Shown piece by piece: positions 19,388 through 30,239 of a stretch of DNA of 64,000 nucleotides. Every line of letters starts with the position of its first letter. Within the stretch, counting starts at the first letter, position 1. The DNA comes from Candidatus Multivoradales bacterium (lineage in GTDB: Bacteria; Acidobacteriota; Thermoanaerobaculia; Multivoradales; J023), in assembly GCA_965250305.1 (NCBI GenBank), contig CBDFNS010000025.1, forward strand, positions 618,766 to 682,765, in the 5' to 3' direction. The notes under the pieces were generated by a model. That model was not told the origin of the DNA and made no database searches. It worked only from the letters and a program-made list of their open reading frames with translations. The position numbers and the translations under genes are program-made.

Positions 19388-19924
19388 ATGGGATTTGTCG
19401 TCAGCGCGTGCTGCCTCGGCTGCGATTTTGAATCTGAGAGCCTCACGATCGGAGACGCAAAGCATGTCGTGTGCATCTGCCGCTCGTGTAATTCGGTCGT
19501 CAATCCCGAGATTGTTCCGTTTCGCTTCGAGTTGAGACCCTGTCCGAAATGCGAAGCACCGCTCGATGTCGCTGAACGGCTCGACATGCTGAAGACCGTG
19601 ATGGATCACGAGGGGACGATACCGAGCGACTACGATTGTCCTCGGTGCGGCCCCAACCGGCTTGCGTTCAAGGACGTGATCCACTTTTCGATGGGACGCG
19701 AGAATGTGGCCCCAACCGCAGGTTCCAGGGTGCACGGCCGGTTGCGTGACGGGAGCCTCCATGTCTCAGGGATGTTCCTACCACACGGTGTCGAGCCAAA
19801 GGTGGCGGGTTTGCCGCCTGCCTCTGAGGGCCGCAGAATGGAGTTGCTCACTGGAGATGTCGAGCGTGATGAAGGGGCGATAGAATCGATTTCATTCTCG
19901 TTCGTCAAGTACCTCGACCGATGA
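19388..19924 (+). CDS. Hypothetical Cys-rich (Zn-ribbon) protein
   Basis: Four CxxC pairs; RBS-like GAGG upstream; ATGA overlap with the next gene. Confidence 0.6.
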   Translation: MGFVVSACCLGCDFESESLTIGDAKHVVCICRSCNSVVNPEIVPFRFELRPCPKCEAPLDVAERLDMLKTVMDHEGTIPSDYDCPRCGPNRLAFKDVIHFSMGRENVAPTAGSRVHGRLRDGSLHVSGMFLPHGVEPKVAGLPPASEGRRMELLTGDVERDEGAIESISFSFVKYLDR

Positions 19925-20376
19925 AACCGCCCATCTGCCACCTGTGCAATCGCGATTTTCTCCATACAAGCCACGACGGAGACCTTGTGCGTTTTGCCGA
20001 CTACGAGCCACTTCCTCCCGAGGTCGATGGGCACCCGTGCGGACTCGAGTGGTTCTGTGCCGACCACCTCGAGGCAGCGCGGATGTTGGCGACTTTGACT
20101 AGCGCCGAAGCAATGGTCTCGTTGCGAGCGCGGTTTGTTGACTTCCCGCCATATGACCCCGATTGGCGACCGTCGCTCTGGGTGACTGCAATGGGGCCAG
20201 GTCGCATACGGGTTCTCTCGCTCTTTCGCCAAGCCAATCGAGTGAGCCCTTTAGAGGCCAAGGTTCTCTGTGCCGAAGCTGAGTTCGAGTTTGCGAAGGG
20301 GTGGCCATACGAGTTCGAGCCGTGGCGACAGGCCCTCTCCAAGCTCGGGGCGAGTGCCGAGATCCGGAAGGACTGA
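19921..20376 (+). CDS. Hypothetical protein (N-terminal CxxC..CxxH; C-terminal L7/L12-like segment)
   Basis: ICHLC..WFCADH and ..SPLEAK..LSKLGASAEI; translationally coupled. Confidence 0.55.
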   Translation: MKPPICHLCNRDFLHTSHDGDLVRFADYEPLPPEVDGHPCGLEWFCADHLEAARMLATLTSAEAMVSLRARFVDFPPYDPDWRPSLWVTAMGPGRIRVLSLFRQANRVSPLEAKVLCAEAEFEFAKGWPYEFEPWRQALSKLGASAEIRKD

Positions 20377-20377
20377 G

Positions 20378-20956
20378 ATGTTCACAGTTGCCACCAAAAC
20401 GGAGATGAAGGGACGTTGCCACCGGTACGAAGTCTTCCGGGATAGAGAAATGCTGCCATTCTCGGATGCCTTGCAGCTGTGGCAGACCAATGATGAATTC
20501 CGAGCGTTCTTTGTAGGGATCCTGGCGGAGTCGCCGTTCAAGGCGTATCGGTGGGAGACTCCGCCACTTATACGAGGCACGGTCGGACGCCCGTTCGAGT
20601 TCGTGCTCGTGGACTCGCCAGGCCTCGATCGTCCGGCGAACGACACCGCATTTCACCAATACTTCAGCCCTGCGGGTCACGGCGTCGTCTCCTTCGAGAG
20701 CCTGGGACGGGATGCGCTGATGGTCGTACCGTCTCCGCGAACCGACAGCTCGGCCTACGTGCATCTCGCCGCGTTCATCCGCAACGGTCCCACTGACCAG
20801 GTCGATGCGCTGTGGCGGTTGGTAGGGCAGTACGTTGAGCAGCGACTCGACGATCGACCAGTTTGGCTGAGTACCGCCGGAGGTGGCGTGGCGTGGTTGC
20901 ACGTTCGGTTGGATTCTCGGCCAAAGTACTACTCCTATTCGGCGTACACGCGCTGA
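20378..20956 (+). CDS. DUF6940-like hypothetical protein
   Basis: WETPP, FEFVL, LGRDALMVVP, WLSTAGGGVAWLHVRLDSRPKYY. Confidence 0.7.
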   Translation: MFTVATKTEMKGRCHRYEVFRDREMLPFSDALQLWQTNDEFRAFFVGILAESPFKAYRWETPPLIRGTVGRPFEFVLVDSPGLDRPANDTAFHQYFSPAGHGVVSFESLGRDALMVVPSPRTDSSAYVHLAAFIRNGPTDQVDALWRLVGQYVEQRLDDRPVWLSTAGGGVAWLHVRLDSRPKYYSYSAYTR

Positions 20957-21213
20957 ATCGCACCCGTCCAGTAGCAGAGAGGCCATGCGTACCGAAAATG
21001 TCTCCGCCAACGCGTTGAGATCGTGGATCGCGCAACGCGGCACGACGGAGCTTTGGTCCCTGGCGCGGTGATCACCCATTCGTCACGATTTCGGGCTGGC
21101 TTGTCCCTGGGATCACCGATCGGGCCCAAGGAAGCCTCTGTTTTCTTGGTGGTGGCGCCGCTTGGAGTAGACGCGTGGGCACATCGCCCGTGCCGACACT
21201 CCAAGGAGTTACG

Positions 21214-23739
21214 ATGACCAAGACACTGGCTTTGGCGACCTTCACCATGCTTGCGGCGTCGCCGTTGTGGGCAGGTGGCCCACCGGAGTGCGCGTACCGC
21301 GCGCCCGTCGAGTGCCGCAACGCCAACTCGACCAACGCTGATCTCAGCATCCTGCCCACCGAGCCCGGAACCCATGGGCCACTCCGGCGGGAATCTGGCG
21401 TTCCGTTCTTTGTCGACGCCTACGATCAGGGTGTGTATCTCACCGGATCGCATACCTGGAACAACCTTCAAGATTGGGGTGACTGTCGATCCGATCCCGC
21501 GCAAGAGGGCCAACCCTTCCCCTACGACACCTACCTAGACATGCTCGTCTCCTGTGGCCACAACTTCATTCGTCTGTGGGCCTTCGAGGGGCCGTCCGTA
21601 TCGGAGAACGACGACATTCTGCCGGCCAACATCAACCCACTTCCTTGGGTGCGCGACGACGCCCGCAAGAAGGGGACCGAGGGTCTCTTCGATCTCGACG
21701 ACGTGCCGGTCAAGATCAATGAAGCCTATTTGAGCCGACTCGAAGACCGGGTCGCTGCCGCCAAGGGAAAGGGGATCTACGTCGGGGTCATGCTCTTCCA
21801 GGGTTGGAGCATCCAGCGCCGCGCCCTCGACATCCAGCCGTGGCCCAGCCATCCGTTCAACGGCGACAACAACAACAACGACATCGACGGCGATCTGAAC
21901 GATGACGGGCAGGGCACGGAAGTCCACACCCTCGCGAAGGGAACCGAAGACCTCCGCGTCTTGCAGGACGCCTATGTGGCGGCGGTCGTGGATCGATTGA
22001 AGGACTACGACAATGTGCTGTGGGAGATCACCAACGAGAGCCTGCCCTCGTCCAACGCCTGGCAGAACGCCATGGTGACGCGGATACGCAATCTCGAGGC
22101 GAACAACACGATCCAGCATCCGATCGGCCGGACGAGCTATGGCACGTCGTTCTCGAATGCCGACCTCTTCGCCAGCGGTGCCGACTGGATCTCGCCGACC
22201 CGGAGGGCCACCGAAGGGCAGGACTACGCCTCCGATCCCCCGGCCAACGACGGGTCGCAGGTGGTCGTGATCAGCGATACGGACCATGTCGGCGAGATCC
22301 TCGGCCAGAACGCCGACGTGCACCGTCCTTGGATCTGGAAGAACCTCACGCGGGGCCTTCAATCGATCTTCATGGATCCGGTGACCAATGGATTCTCCGA
22401 CGACTTCTTCGCAGGTACCAACCCCGCCAATCCCGAATGGCCCAAGATTCGGGCGCAGCTCGGCCGCGCCAGCCGCTTCGCCAACAAGCTCGATCTGGTG
22501 CGCGCGGCGCCGCTCGATGCCGCCCAGTGCTCGGCCTATTGCCTTGGTGTCGCCCACCAAGGGCAGGCCCACGAGCATTACCTCATCTACAGTCCCTCGG
22601 ACGATGACAATCCGATCCAGATCCGTTTGGATCCAGGGATGTACGACGGCGAATGGCTGGACCCCGAGGACGGCTCCATGATGACGGAGACATTCGACAG
22701 CACGGGCTCCGCACAGACGGTCACAAAGCCCTATGACGAGGCGGTGCTCTACCTGAAGCGCCGGCCGCCGTCGGTGAAGCTGGTGGGCCACTACGTGCCA
22801 CGCTTCGGCTTCGACTCGACGACCTCAGAGTCCGAGACGACCAACCCGGAGTCCTTCGACTTCTTCTTCGATCCCAACCGGGGTACCTACGAGGAACGGC
22901 CGAGCGGTCCTTGTGACAACCAGGCCGAGAACCCCACCTACCTCAAGGTCTCGATCGACACCAGTCAGCCGATCAACGCGTGCAGCTACTTTGCCAAATG
23001 GGATTCGCAGCCGAGGGCGTGCACCCAGGAGGAGGTAGATCTGCTCAACCAAGGTGGGATGCTGGTGCTCAACACGGACGACATCAAGACGGCTTCGACC
23101 GGGACCTGTGACGACCTGCCAGGCGAGCAGGCGCACGTGAGCTACAGCGTTTCGCAGTATTTCGCCATGGACCTGGAGATCGACGGCACCACCTTCTCGC
23201 GTCGCTTGAACTTCCGTCCCCGGGCACAGGTTCTGCGCATTCATCCGACCGACGACGTTCATGTCTGGGAGCAGACACCGGACCTGAACTACGGCACGGA
23301 GTGGTTGCTCGAGGTCCGCGGGGCACCGGCGAAGATCAAGCACGCGTTCCTGAAGTTCACGAACCTCAACGGACCCAACGGTGCGGTCCTGGTATCCAGC
23401 CAGCTGCGCCTCTCGGTGACCGAGGGATCGACCGCGTCACTCGAGGTTCGGAAGCTCTGCGGCACGGGCGCCTGGACTGCGACCGGCGCCCAATGGAACA
23501 ACTGGCTGACCCAGACCGGCGGGTTGTGCGACGTCATCACCACCCTGCCGGCACCGGGGATCGGCGATCGGCTGCGGATCGACGTATCCGGCTCAGTGCA
23601 GCAGGCGGGGACCGCGCTCTGGCAGGTCGGCCTGGCAGCGGGTGGACCGTCGACTGGTGATTTGGTGTTCTTGTCCAACGACAGCGGCGATCCCAAGTTG
23701 CCTACGCTGGTCCTGGTTTTCCAGGCACCGGAACCGTAG
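21214..23739 (+). CDS. Secreted glycoside-hydrolase-like TIM-barrel protein (DUF6298/DUF4038-like) with a C-terminal DNRLRE/CBM96-like domain
   Basis: Signal peptide MTKTLALATF..LWA, RBS AAGGAG, GSHTWNNLQD, NFIRLW, WEITNE, DTDH, IFMDP; C-terminal PTDDVHV..PDLNYG..FLKF. Confidence 0.7.
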   Translation: MTKTLALATFTMLAASPLWAGGPPECAYRAPVECRNANSTNADLSILPTEPGTHGPLRRESGVPFFVDAYDQGVYLTGSHTWNNLQDWGDCRSDPAQEGQPFPYDTYLDMLVSCGHNFIRLWAFEGPSVSENDDILPANINPLPWVRDDARKKGTEGLFDLDDVPVKINEAYLSRLEDRVAAAKGKGIYVGVMLFQGWSIQRRALDIQPWPSHPFNGDNNNNDIDGDLNDDGQGTEVHTLAKGTEDLRVLQDAYVAAVVDRLKDYDNVLWEITNESLPSSNAWQNAMVTRIRNLEANNTIQHPIGRTSYGTSFSNADLFASGADWISPTRRATEGQDYASDPPANDGSQVVVISDTDHVGEILGQNADVHRPWIWKNLTRGLQSIFMDPVTNGFSDDFFAGTNPANPEWPKIRAQLGRASRFANKLDLVRAAPLDAAQCSAYCLGVAHQGQAHEHYLIYSPSDDDNPIQIRLDPGMYDGEWLDPEDGSMMTETFDSTGSAQTVTKPYDEAVLYLKRRPPSVKLVGHYVPRFGFDSTTSESETTNPESFDFFFDPNRGTYEERPSGPCDNQAENPTYLKVSIDTSQPINACSYFAKWDSQPRACTQEEVDLLNQGGMLVLNTDDIKTASTGTCDDLPGEQAHVSYSVSQYFAMDLEIDGTTFSRRLNFRPRAQVLRIHPTDDVHVWEQTPDLNYGTEWLLEVRGAPAKIKHAFLKFTNLNGPNGAVLVSSQLRLSVTEGSTASLEVRKLCGTGAWTATGAQWNNWLTQTGGLCDVITTLPAPGIGDRLRIDVSGSVQQAGTALWQVGLAAGGPSTGDLVFLSNDSGDPKLPTLVLVFQAPEP

Positions 23740-23815
23740 GACGGGGCCGAGGGTCGGGACGTCCCAGGAAATGCAGGTGCCAAGAAATGCAGGTGCCAGC
23801 CGAACATTGACGGGG

Positions 23816-24201
23816 TACGAGCCACGGTCGGGCGTCCGTTCGAGTTCGTTCTCGTGGACTCGCCAGGGCTCGATCGTCCGGCGAACGACACCGCATTTCA
23901 CCAATACTTCAGCCCCGCAGGTCACTGCGTCGTCTCCTTCGAGAGCCTGGGACGGGATGCACTGATGGTCGTGCCATCTCCTCGAACCGACAGCTCGGCC
24001 TACGTGCATCTCGCCGCGTTTATCCGCAACGGTCCAACTGAACAGGTCGATGCGCTGTGGCGGTTGGTGGGGCAGCACCTTGAGCACCGACTCGACGATT
24101 GACCAGTTTGGCTGAGCACCGCCGGAGGTGGCGTGGCGTGTTTGCACGTTCGGTTGGATTCTCGGCGAAAGTACTACTGCTATTCAGCGTACACACGCTG
24201 A
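23816..24201 (+). pseudogene. Degenerate second copy of the 3' part of the DUF6940-like gene
   Basis: Direct repeat of about 20571-20990 with a CGA>TGA stop at 24100-24102. Confidence 0.85.
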
Positions 24202-24274
24202 ATCGCGCCCGTCGGGTAGCAGAGAGGCCATGTGTACGAGCGCGATAGGCGGGAAACGTCAGCCCGCCACGCGC

Positions 24275-25440
24275 TCAGATTCGGAGGATCACCCCAAACC
24301 CCGCTGCACCCCACGAACAACCGTCTGCGCCAGCATGACCCCATGCACCATCGGCGGTGAGAAATGGTAGAGCATGCCGATAGGCGCCTTGACCATCCAC
24401 GACGCGCGCAGCACCGAGCGCAGAGCGCGTGGCGTGAGGCGTGAGGCGATACACGACGCGGCGCCGTGCCGAGCGCATGAGGTAGCTGACGGCGTTGGCG
24501 GCGGCGCGCTGGCGCTTGGAGCCGGGAGTGGCCTTTTCGAAGCCGGCGACTTTCTCCAGGATGTCGCGCAGGAAGGTATCTTGCTCGGCACGTAGCTGGG
24601 TGGCGAGCTGGCGATCGTTGGCCGGCAGCCGCGCGATTTCCTGGGGCGTGAGGCTGGCGACTTGAACGGCGAGGTCGACGTGAAGCTGCTCGTGATCGCC
24701 GAGCGCCGTCAGGCGCCGTTCGGCATCGCGCAATGCCCTGCGTAGTGCAGGGCGGTCGTCCGCCGAGGCGCGACCGAGCTCGAGCGTCAAGCGCTCGCGA
24801 CTGGCCATGGCTCTGTTCATCTTGTCGAGATCGCGCAAGGTGCGGCGGATGGCGGCGAGGCGGACTTTGGGATCGCCGATGGCACGCGGTGCCCGTGGTT
24901 CGAGCCGCGTTTCCCGTCGTGGCCGTAAGGCGCGCTCCTCGGCCAGCAGCTTCTCGGCTAGGGCTCGCGATATGTGGTCCAGGACGAGATCCTTGCGCGG
25001 CACCCTCGAGAACGCCTTCGCCAACGCGTCGAGATTCTTGATGTAGCGACGCGGCACGACGACGCGGAGCGTCTTGCGGTGCCTCGTGAGGCCGACGTAC
25101 GCTGCACCGCGGTCGATCAGGGAGTCGGCGAGCAGGTAGGCACGGTCAATGGTGATGCCTTGGGCCTTGTGGATGGTGGTGGCGTAGCCGTGGGCGAAGC
25201 CGTGATAGTTCTTCGGATCGAAGGCCACCAGCCGGCGATCGTCGATGCGGACGCGCATCTCCGTCTTCACGATCGCCACAATCGAGCCCAGGCTGCCGTT
25301 GCGCACGCCGCCCTCGCCTTCTAGGACCCGCACCACCTTGCCCTTGGGGTCGTTGGCGCCGAGCAGGAGGCGGTCACCGACCGAGTACTGCCGGCCCGCA
25401 AGCCGAACACCGCCTTGGATCTCGCCGGCATCGCGTCGCG
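24275..25440 (-). pseudogene. traA: C-terminal helicase part of a Ti-type conjugative relaxase (TraA-like)
   Basis: GDRLLL..ND, GVRNGSLG, HGYATTIHKAQGITID, YVGLTRHR; relaxase domain absent. Confidence 0.75.
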
Positions 25441-25830
25441 CTCGGCGATTCATTTGCGACCGCAAGAGAATGGGCCTCGAGGCGTCGGAATTCATCCGTC
25501 GCTTCCTCCTGCACGTCTTGCCTCGGAGGGTTCGTAGCAAGCGCTACTTCGGCCTGCTTTCAAATCGCAGCCGCTCCGAGACAACCAGACAGCTGCGCCT
25601 GTTGCTCGATGTCGTGGTAGAGGCAGCGATGCCCGATGCCTCTGAGCCGAGCTCATGGGAGGAGCAGCTAACGCGCCTCGTCGGTAGCGATCCCAAGTGC
25701 TGCCGGAACTGTCACGGACGCTGCCAGAATTCGCGTTAGTGAACACGAAGTTTGACGACCCCTCAAGAGATCGGGTGACGAGGCGAGTTGGCGTCCAGCG
25801 GGCTACGGTAGCCGGCTGGAGGTCAGTCCG

Positions 25831-27099
25831 ATGCCGAGACGCCTGAGCCTGGAGGAAATCGTGACGATACGAGTACTGGCCGAGAAGGGTCAGAATCATT
25901 GTGAGATCGGGCGCACGGTGGGTGTGACGGAGAGCACTGTGCGGTACCACCTACGGCGCTCGGCCGAGGGCGCGGAGGATGGGCGTCGGGACAAGCCACA
26001 GCGGGCCTCTACACTGGCGGAGGCGATCGCGGCGTGGCACGCAGATCGTGAGGGCTACGCCCGCCCGATCAACGTGATGGAGCTGTACGAACACCTGGTG
26101 GGCGAGTACGACTACCCGGGCTCGTACCAGTCGGTGCGCCGCTTCGTTCGCCGGCACTACCCGAAGCCGCGGATGCGGACCTATCGAAGAGTCGAGACGG
26201 TACCAGGAGCGCAAAGCCAGACGGACTGGGCGGAATTCCGCAAGGTCGACGTCGGTTCGGGCCCAGAGTCACTCTCGGCCTTCGTGATGCAGCTGTCGCA
26301 CTCGCGCAAAGCAGCTGTTGTGTGGAGCCGCCGCAAAGATCTGCTGAGCTGGCTGGCGTGCCACAACGCCGCCTTCGAGCGCTTGGCCGGGATCGCGGCG
26401 GTCAACCGGATCGACAATGTCCGCACGGCGCTGGCCTCGGGAGCCGGGCCGTGGGGCACGATCCACCCGGCCTACCGGGCCTACGCTCGGACCGTGGGTT
26501 TCCACGTTGACGCCTGCATGCCACGGGATCCGCAGGCCAAAGGCAAGGTGGAGGCCGCGGTGCGGCTGTCACGTCTGCGTGTCGATCCGAGGCCACAGTG
26601 TTTCGACCACCTCGAGGACCTGCAACGCTGGACGGATGCACGCCTTCTGGCTTGGTCGAAACGGGCGCTCTGCCCGGCGACAGGCCACACCGTCGATGAG
26701 AGCTGGCATCGGGAGCTCGAGCGGCTGCAGCCGCTACCGATCCTGCCCGAGCCGTTCGACATCGCGGTCACCCGGCCGGTGCACAAGGACTGCATGGTGC
26801 GCTTCGAGGAGCGCTCCTACCCGGTGCCCTTCCAGTGGGTCGGGCTACGCGTGGAAGTGCGCGGCTGCGCGGGCAAAGTCCAGATCCTGGCTGAGGGGCA
26901 GGTGCTTCGCGAGTACCGACGGCACACCCCGGAGCGCATACTGATCGATCCGAGTTGCTACGAGGGTGAGGCCACCGATCGCGTGCTACCGCCGAGGCCG
27001 CTTGGCAAGATGGGTCGCAGGCTGCAGGAGATCTACGAGCAGCCAGTCGAACAGAGACCGGTCGATCTGTACGCCGCCCTGGCAGAGGTGGCGCGATGA
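25831..27099 (+). CDS. istA: IS21 transposase IstA
   Basis: Near-identical to 12791-14059. Confidence 0.95.
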   Translation: MPRRLSLEEIVTIRVLAEKGQNHCEIGRTVGVTESTVRYHLRRSAEGAEDGRRDKPQRASTLAEAIAAWHADREGYARPINVMELYEHLVGEYDYPGSYQSVRRFVRRHYPKPRMRTYRRVETVPGAQSQTDWAEFRKVDVGSGPESLSAFVMQLSHSRKAAVVWSRRKDLLSWLACHNAAFERLAGIAAVNRIDNVRTALASGAGPWGTIHPAYRAYARTVGFHVDACMPRDPQAKGKVEAAVRLSRLRVDPRPQCFDHLEDLQRWTDARLLAWSKRALCPATGHTVDESWHRELERLQPLPILPEPFDIAVTRPVHKDCMVRFEERSYPVPFQWVGLRVEVRGCAGKVQILAEGQVLREYRRHTPERILIDPSCYEGEATDRVLPPRPLGKMGRRLQEIYEQPVEQRPVDLYAALAEVAR

Positions 27100-27863
27100 C
27101 CGCGCGAAAGGGAAAGGTCGACCTCGATGCCACCTGCGCGCAGCTCGAGCAGGCGGGCTTGGCCCATGCCGCCGCCCGACTCGCGGAGCTGGTCGAGGAG
27201 GCGGCGAAGCAGCAGCTGTCGGCTCACGGCTTCCTCGACCGGGTCCTGACGGCCGAGCTCACCGAGCGCGAGGAACGCCGGATCAAGACGTCGCTGCGAC
27301 TCTCCGGACTACCCACCGGCCAGACCCTCGGGAACTTCGAGTACGGCTTCCAGCCGTCGATGGAGAAGAGTCGCATCGAGACCCTCGCCACCTGCGCCTG
27401 GATCCGTGAGCACGCCACAACGCTGATCGCCGGACCCCCGGGAACGGGCAAGACTCACATCGCCATCGCTCTGGGCGTCAAGGCGATCGAGAACGGCTTC
27501 TCCGTCGCCTTCTTTCGCCTCGACGATCTACTGCACGCCATGAAGCGCGACGCCGAGCTGGCGCCGCAGCGGCTACGACGCAAGAAGTACAACAACGTCT
27601 CAATGTTGATCATCGACGAGGTGGGCTTTCAGCCACTCTCCCGGCCCGAGGCGAGCCTCTTCTTCCGCTTGGTCAGCTACCGATACCAGCGAGGCGCGAC
27701 TCTGATCACCACCAACAAGGCGGTCAAGGACTGGCCCGAAATCCTCGCCGGCGACGAAGCCATGGCCGCAGCGCTGCTGGATCGCCTGTTGCACCACTGC
27801 TACGTCTTCAACATCAAGGGACGCAGCTATCGACTCAGGGACCTCGAGAGGATCCTCAAGTGA
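27096..27863 (+). CDS. istB: IS21 helper ATPase IstB
   Basis: Near-identical to 14056-14823. Confidence 0.95.
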   Translation: MTARKGKVDLDATCAQLEQAGLAHAAARLAELVEEAAKQQLSAHGFLDRVLTAELTEREERRIKTSLRLSGLPTGQTLGNFEYGFQPSMEKSRIETLATCAWIREHATTLIAGPPGTGKTHIAIALGVKAIENGFSVAFFRLDDLLHAMKRDAELAPQRLRRKKYNNVSMLIIDEVGFQPLSRPEASLFFRLVSYRYQRGATLITTNKAVKDWPEILAGDEAMAAALLDRLLHHCYVFNIKGRSYRLRDLERILK

Positions 27864-28524
27864 GCCGCCCAAACCAAGAGGGCCATGGAAGGCGACGCGA
27901 TATGGAAGCCGTGGAAAGCTGCTTCCCCCGACCCACCACCGCACCTTCCCACCGCTCCCACAACGCTTGGAAAACCCGCCCCAGGCCCGCCCGCGGGTTT
28001 ACCACACCTCCCACAGCCCCGGCGACGACCGGTAGAGATTGAAAGAAGCAGATGAAGAACCAGAACCACGAACGGGGTCGTAAGAGTATGCGCCCCCTGA
28101 CGTCGTAGAACGTGTCCATTGACAATCAGGGGTCGTCAAACTAGATGTTCACCAAGGTCGCGAAGGTACGTGTTCATTGACAGGAACTGCGGGCAGGGTC
28201 GGCTGGTGCTGCTGCGCCAAGTCTCTGTCGCTCGGCGCCAGCGAGCACCGCCATGAACTTCGGGTCTCATGCGAGCGGTCTCGGCGAGTGTATCCATGCC
28301 CTCGTCATGGTTGACGTGCGCCCGCCCATCGCGCCGCCTGATATAGTCGAGGTCGATACTCGCATAAGGAGGACGTGGTGCCTCTCCGAGACGCCAATCA
28401 AGCTGCGCTATGCGCTGCGACTCGTCTCGGCGAACCCCACTCGGTCACGGAACGCTCGCCATCGAGGTGACGACGGGAAGTATTCAAACCCCATAGCGAC
28501 CGTAACCGCGCGGGCCGCGGTTTC

Positions 28525-28647
28525 GTCCAACCTGCTCTATCCGAAATCTGGTTGATCCCGTTGGCCGACATCTACCGCATCGCGAAACGGCGGGCCGCCG
28601 TGGGTACGTGCTGCTTAGATTTCGGATAGACCACTATTCTGATAGGC
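28525..28647 (+). other. Hairpin at the end of the IS91 remnant, att-like cassette start point, copy 2
   Basis: GTCCAAC..TCTATCCGAAATCT..AGATTTCGGATAGA-CCACTATTCT-GATAGGC. Confidence 0.55.
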
Positions 28648-28873
28648 GGCCTGGAGGTCGAATGGAAGGCGCGCGAGCGAGGACAAGACTGTTTGATGGG
28701 TATCAGGAGGTCTTTACTCCGATGGCGGCGGCTCCTGGAAGTCTACCGTGCGTGGCCGGCGCAGGTCTTGTAACTTCGCCGAACGTCAACAGCTGGTTGA
28801 ATGGGCGCCCGTGAGCGCCATTCAAGATAGGAGTCTAGAGAAATGAACACCGTTTCTCTTGAAGACTTAAGGA

Positions 28874-30165
28874 GGCTCTTCAGGAACTTGTGTGGGCGAA
28901 TGATTCCGGATAGAGATCCAAACCACCGAGATGGAAGTAGATGGCGTTGCGAAACCGCTCTCGGTTGCGAAAGCCCCTTGCTGCTCTCTTCAGACCTTGG
29001 ATGACGGTGTTGATCCCTTCGAGGCGGGCATTGGTGATGCCGAGCTCGATCGCGTTGAGAATTCCAGTGAGGTGATTCTTGATCGTCTTCGCCGCGCGTT
29101 TGATGGGCTCGAGCCGAGAGCGAATCGCCCACGAGTAGAAGGCGTCGAAGATCTTCTCGGCCTCGTGGCGATCCCCGGCTTCCCACATCTCCATGGCGAG
29201 TTCTTTGAGCATCCACGCGCGACCCGTTCTGTGTGCCTTCTTGATCAGCTGGTCGAGCTGTACGACGCGTTCCTCCCCGAGACGATCTGGGTGGAAGAGC
29301 CATAGATAGCGTGTGTTCTTCAAGCTGTTGTCGCCGACGGCGAAGAGTGCGCGACTCTCTTCTCGGCGCACCTTATCTACGGCCTTACCGAGGTGCATGG
29401 CGACGTGGAACTTATCGAAGGCGATCTTCTCGTTGGCGTTGGGAAGAGCGGCTAAAGTGTCCGATATGTACGGTCCCCACATGTCCATGGCGACGCTCTC
29501 GATCTGTACCAAGTCGCCTTCGCTGAAGCTGGCGTAGTAGGCGCCGAGGGCTCCTTTCTTGTGGCCGTCGGTGACGTATTGCACGCATCCGGTCTCCAAA
29601 TCCGCGACCACCGTTACGTACTCGTGGCGCTTCTGGAACGACGTCTCGTCGACGCCGATCCGGCGAGGTACTTTCAAATCGCGTCGGGCCAGCCCACGTC
29701 GGACCGAGCGCTCCATCACACCACTCACCTGGTCCCAAGTAACGTCGAGTTGCCGAGCAACGGCCGAGATGGTCGCTTCCTGGAGCCAGTCGATGATCAG
29801 CGCTTCAAAGAGCGCAGTGAAACCCGAACCACGATCCGACCACGGAACGCTCATCGTCTTGACCCCGTGCTCCGGGCAATGAACCCGCGGAACATCGGCG
29901 ACCAGAATCGTCTTGTACTGGCAAGTCGGAAGGTGCCGCCACCGGCGCCGACGGCTGTCGTACCGACTGCTCGCCGCTCCACATTCCGGGCACGACAATT
30001 CTTGCCCGCGTCCGTGCTCGACTAGAACCTCCACCTCGCCATCAGCAAGCCGAAGGGATACGTCCGTCACCTTCCAAGGCGCCGAAACACCCAGGATCTT
30101 CCCGTACAGGTCGATATCTCGCATGCGTGGAGCTTACACCGACCCACCATCTCTCCTGAAGAGCC
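28874..30165 (-). mobile_element. ISL3-family IS, copy 2 (no TSD)
   Basis: Same 12-bp IRs as copy 1; flanks CTTAAGGA and GAGCGAGA differ. Confidence 0.9.
28880..30124 (-). CDS. ISL3-family transposase (diverged paralog of copy 1)
   Basis: Same motifs as 8535-9779 with scattered substitutions. Confidence 0.95.
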   Translation of the reverse strand: MRDIDLYGKILGVSAPWKVTDVSLRLADGEVEVLVEHGRGQELSCPECGAASSRYDSRRRRWRHLPTCQYKTILVADVPRVHCPEHGVKTMSVPWSDRGSGFTALFEALIIDWLQEATISAVARQLDVTWDQVSGVMERSVRRGLARRDLKVPRRIGVDETSFQKRHEYVTVVADLETGCVQYVTDGHKKGALGAYYASFSEGDLVQIESVAMDMWGPYISDTLAALPNANEKIAFDKFHVAMHLGKAVDKVRREESRALFAVGDNSLKNTRYLWLFHPDRLGEERVVQLDQLIKKAHRTGRAWMLKELAMEMWEAGDRHEAEKIFDAFYSWAIRSRLEPIKRAAKTIKNHLTGILNAIELGITNARLEGINTVIQGLKRAARGFRNRERFRNAIYFHLGGLDLYPESFAHTSS

Positions 30166-30239
30166 GAGCGAGATTTCCGGAAGTCGGAAAGCATGACTTC
30201 AGGAGCCTGGCGGGAGAGAAAGTCGAAAACTGGGGAACT

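Larger units (their letters stand above)
25710..28182 (+). mobile_element. IS21-family IS, copy 2, with 5-bp TSD GGAAC
   Basis: TG..CA ends; GGAAC at 25705-25709 and 28183-28187. Confidence 0.95.
25441..28256 (+). pseudogene. IS91-family (Y2) transposase 3' remnant, copy 2, interrupted by IS21
   Basis: EFIRRFLLHVLP..RYFGLLSNR..CRN|CGQGRL..RAPP*; in frame once IS21 is removed. Confidence 0.75.

Noticed and set aside
24275-25540. 421-aa ORF as an intact gene
   Set aside because: Its first ~33 codons are the antisense of the IS91 remnant; only a TraA C-terminal fragment remains.
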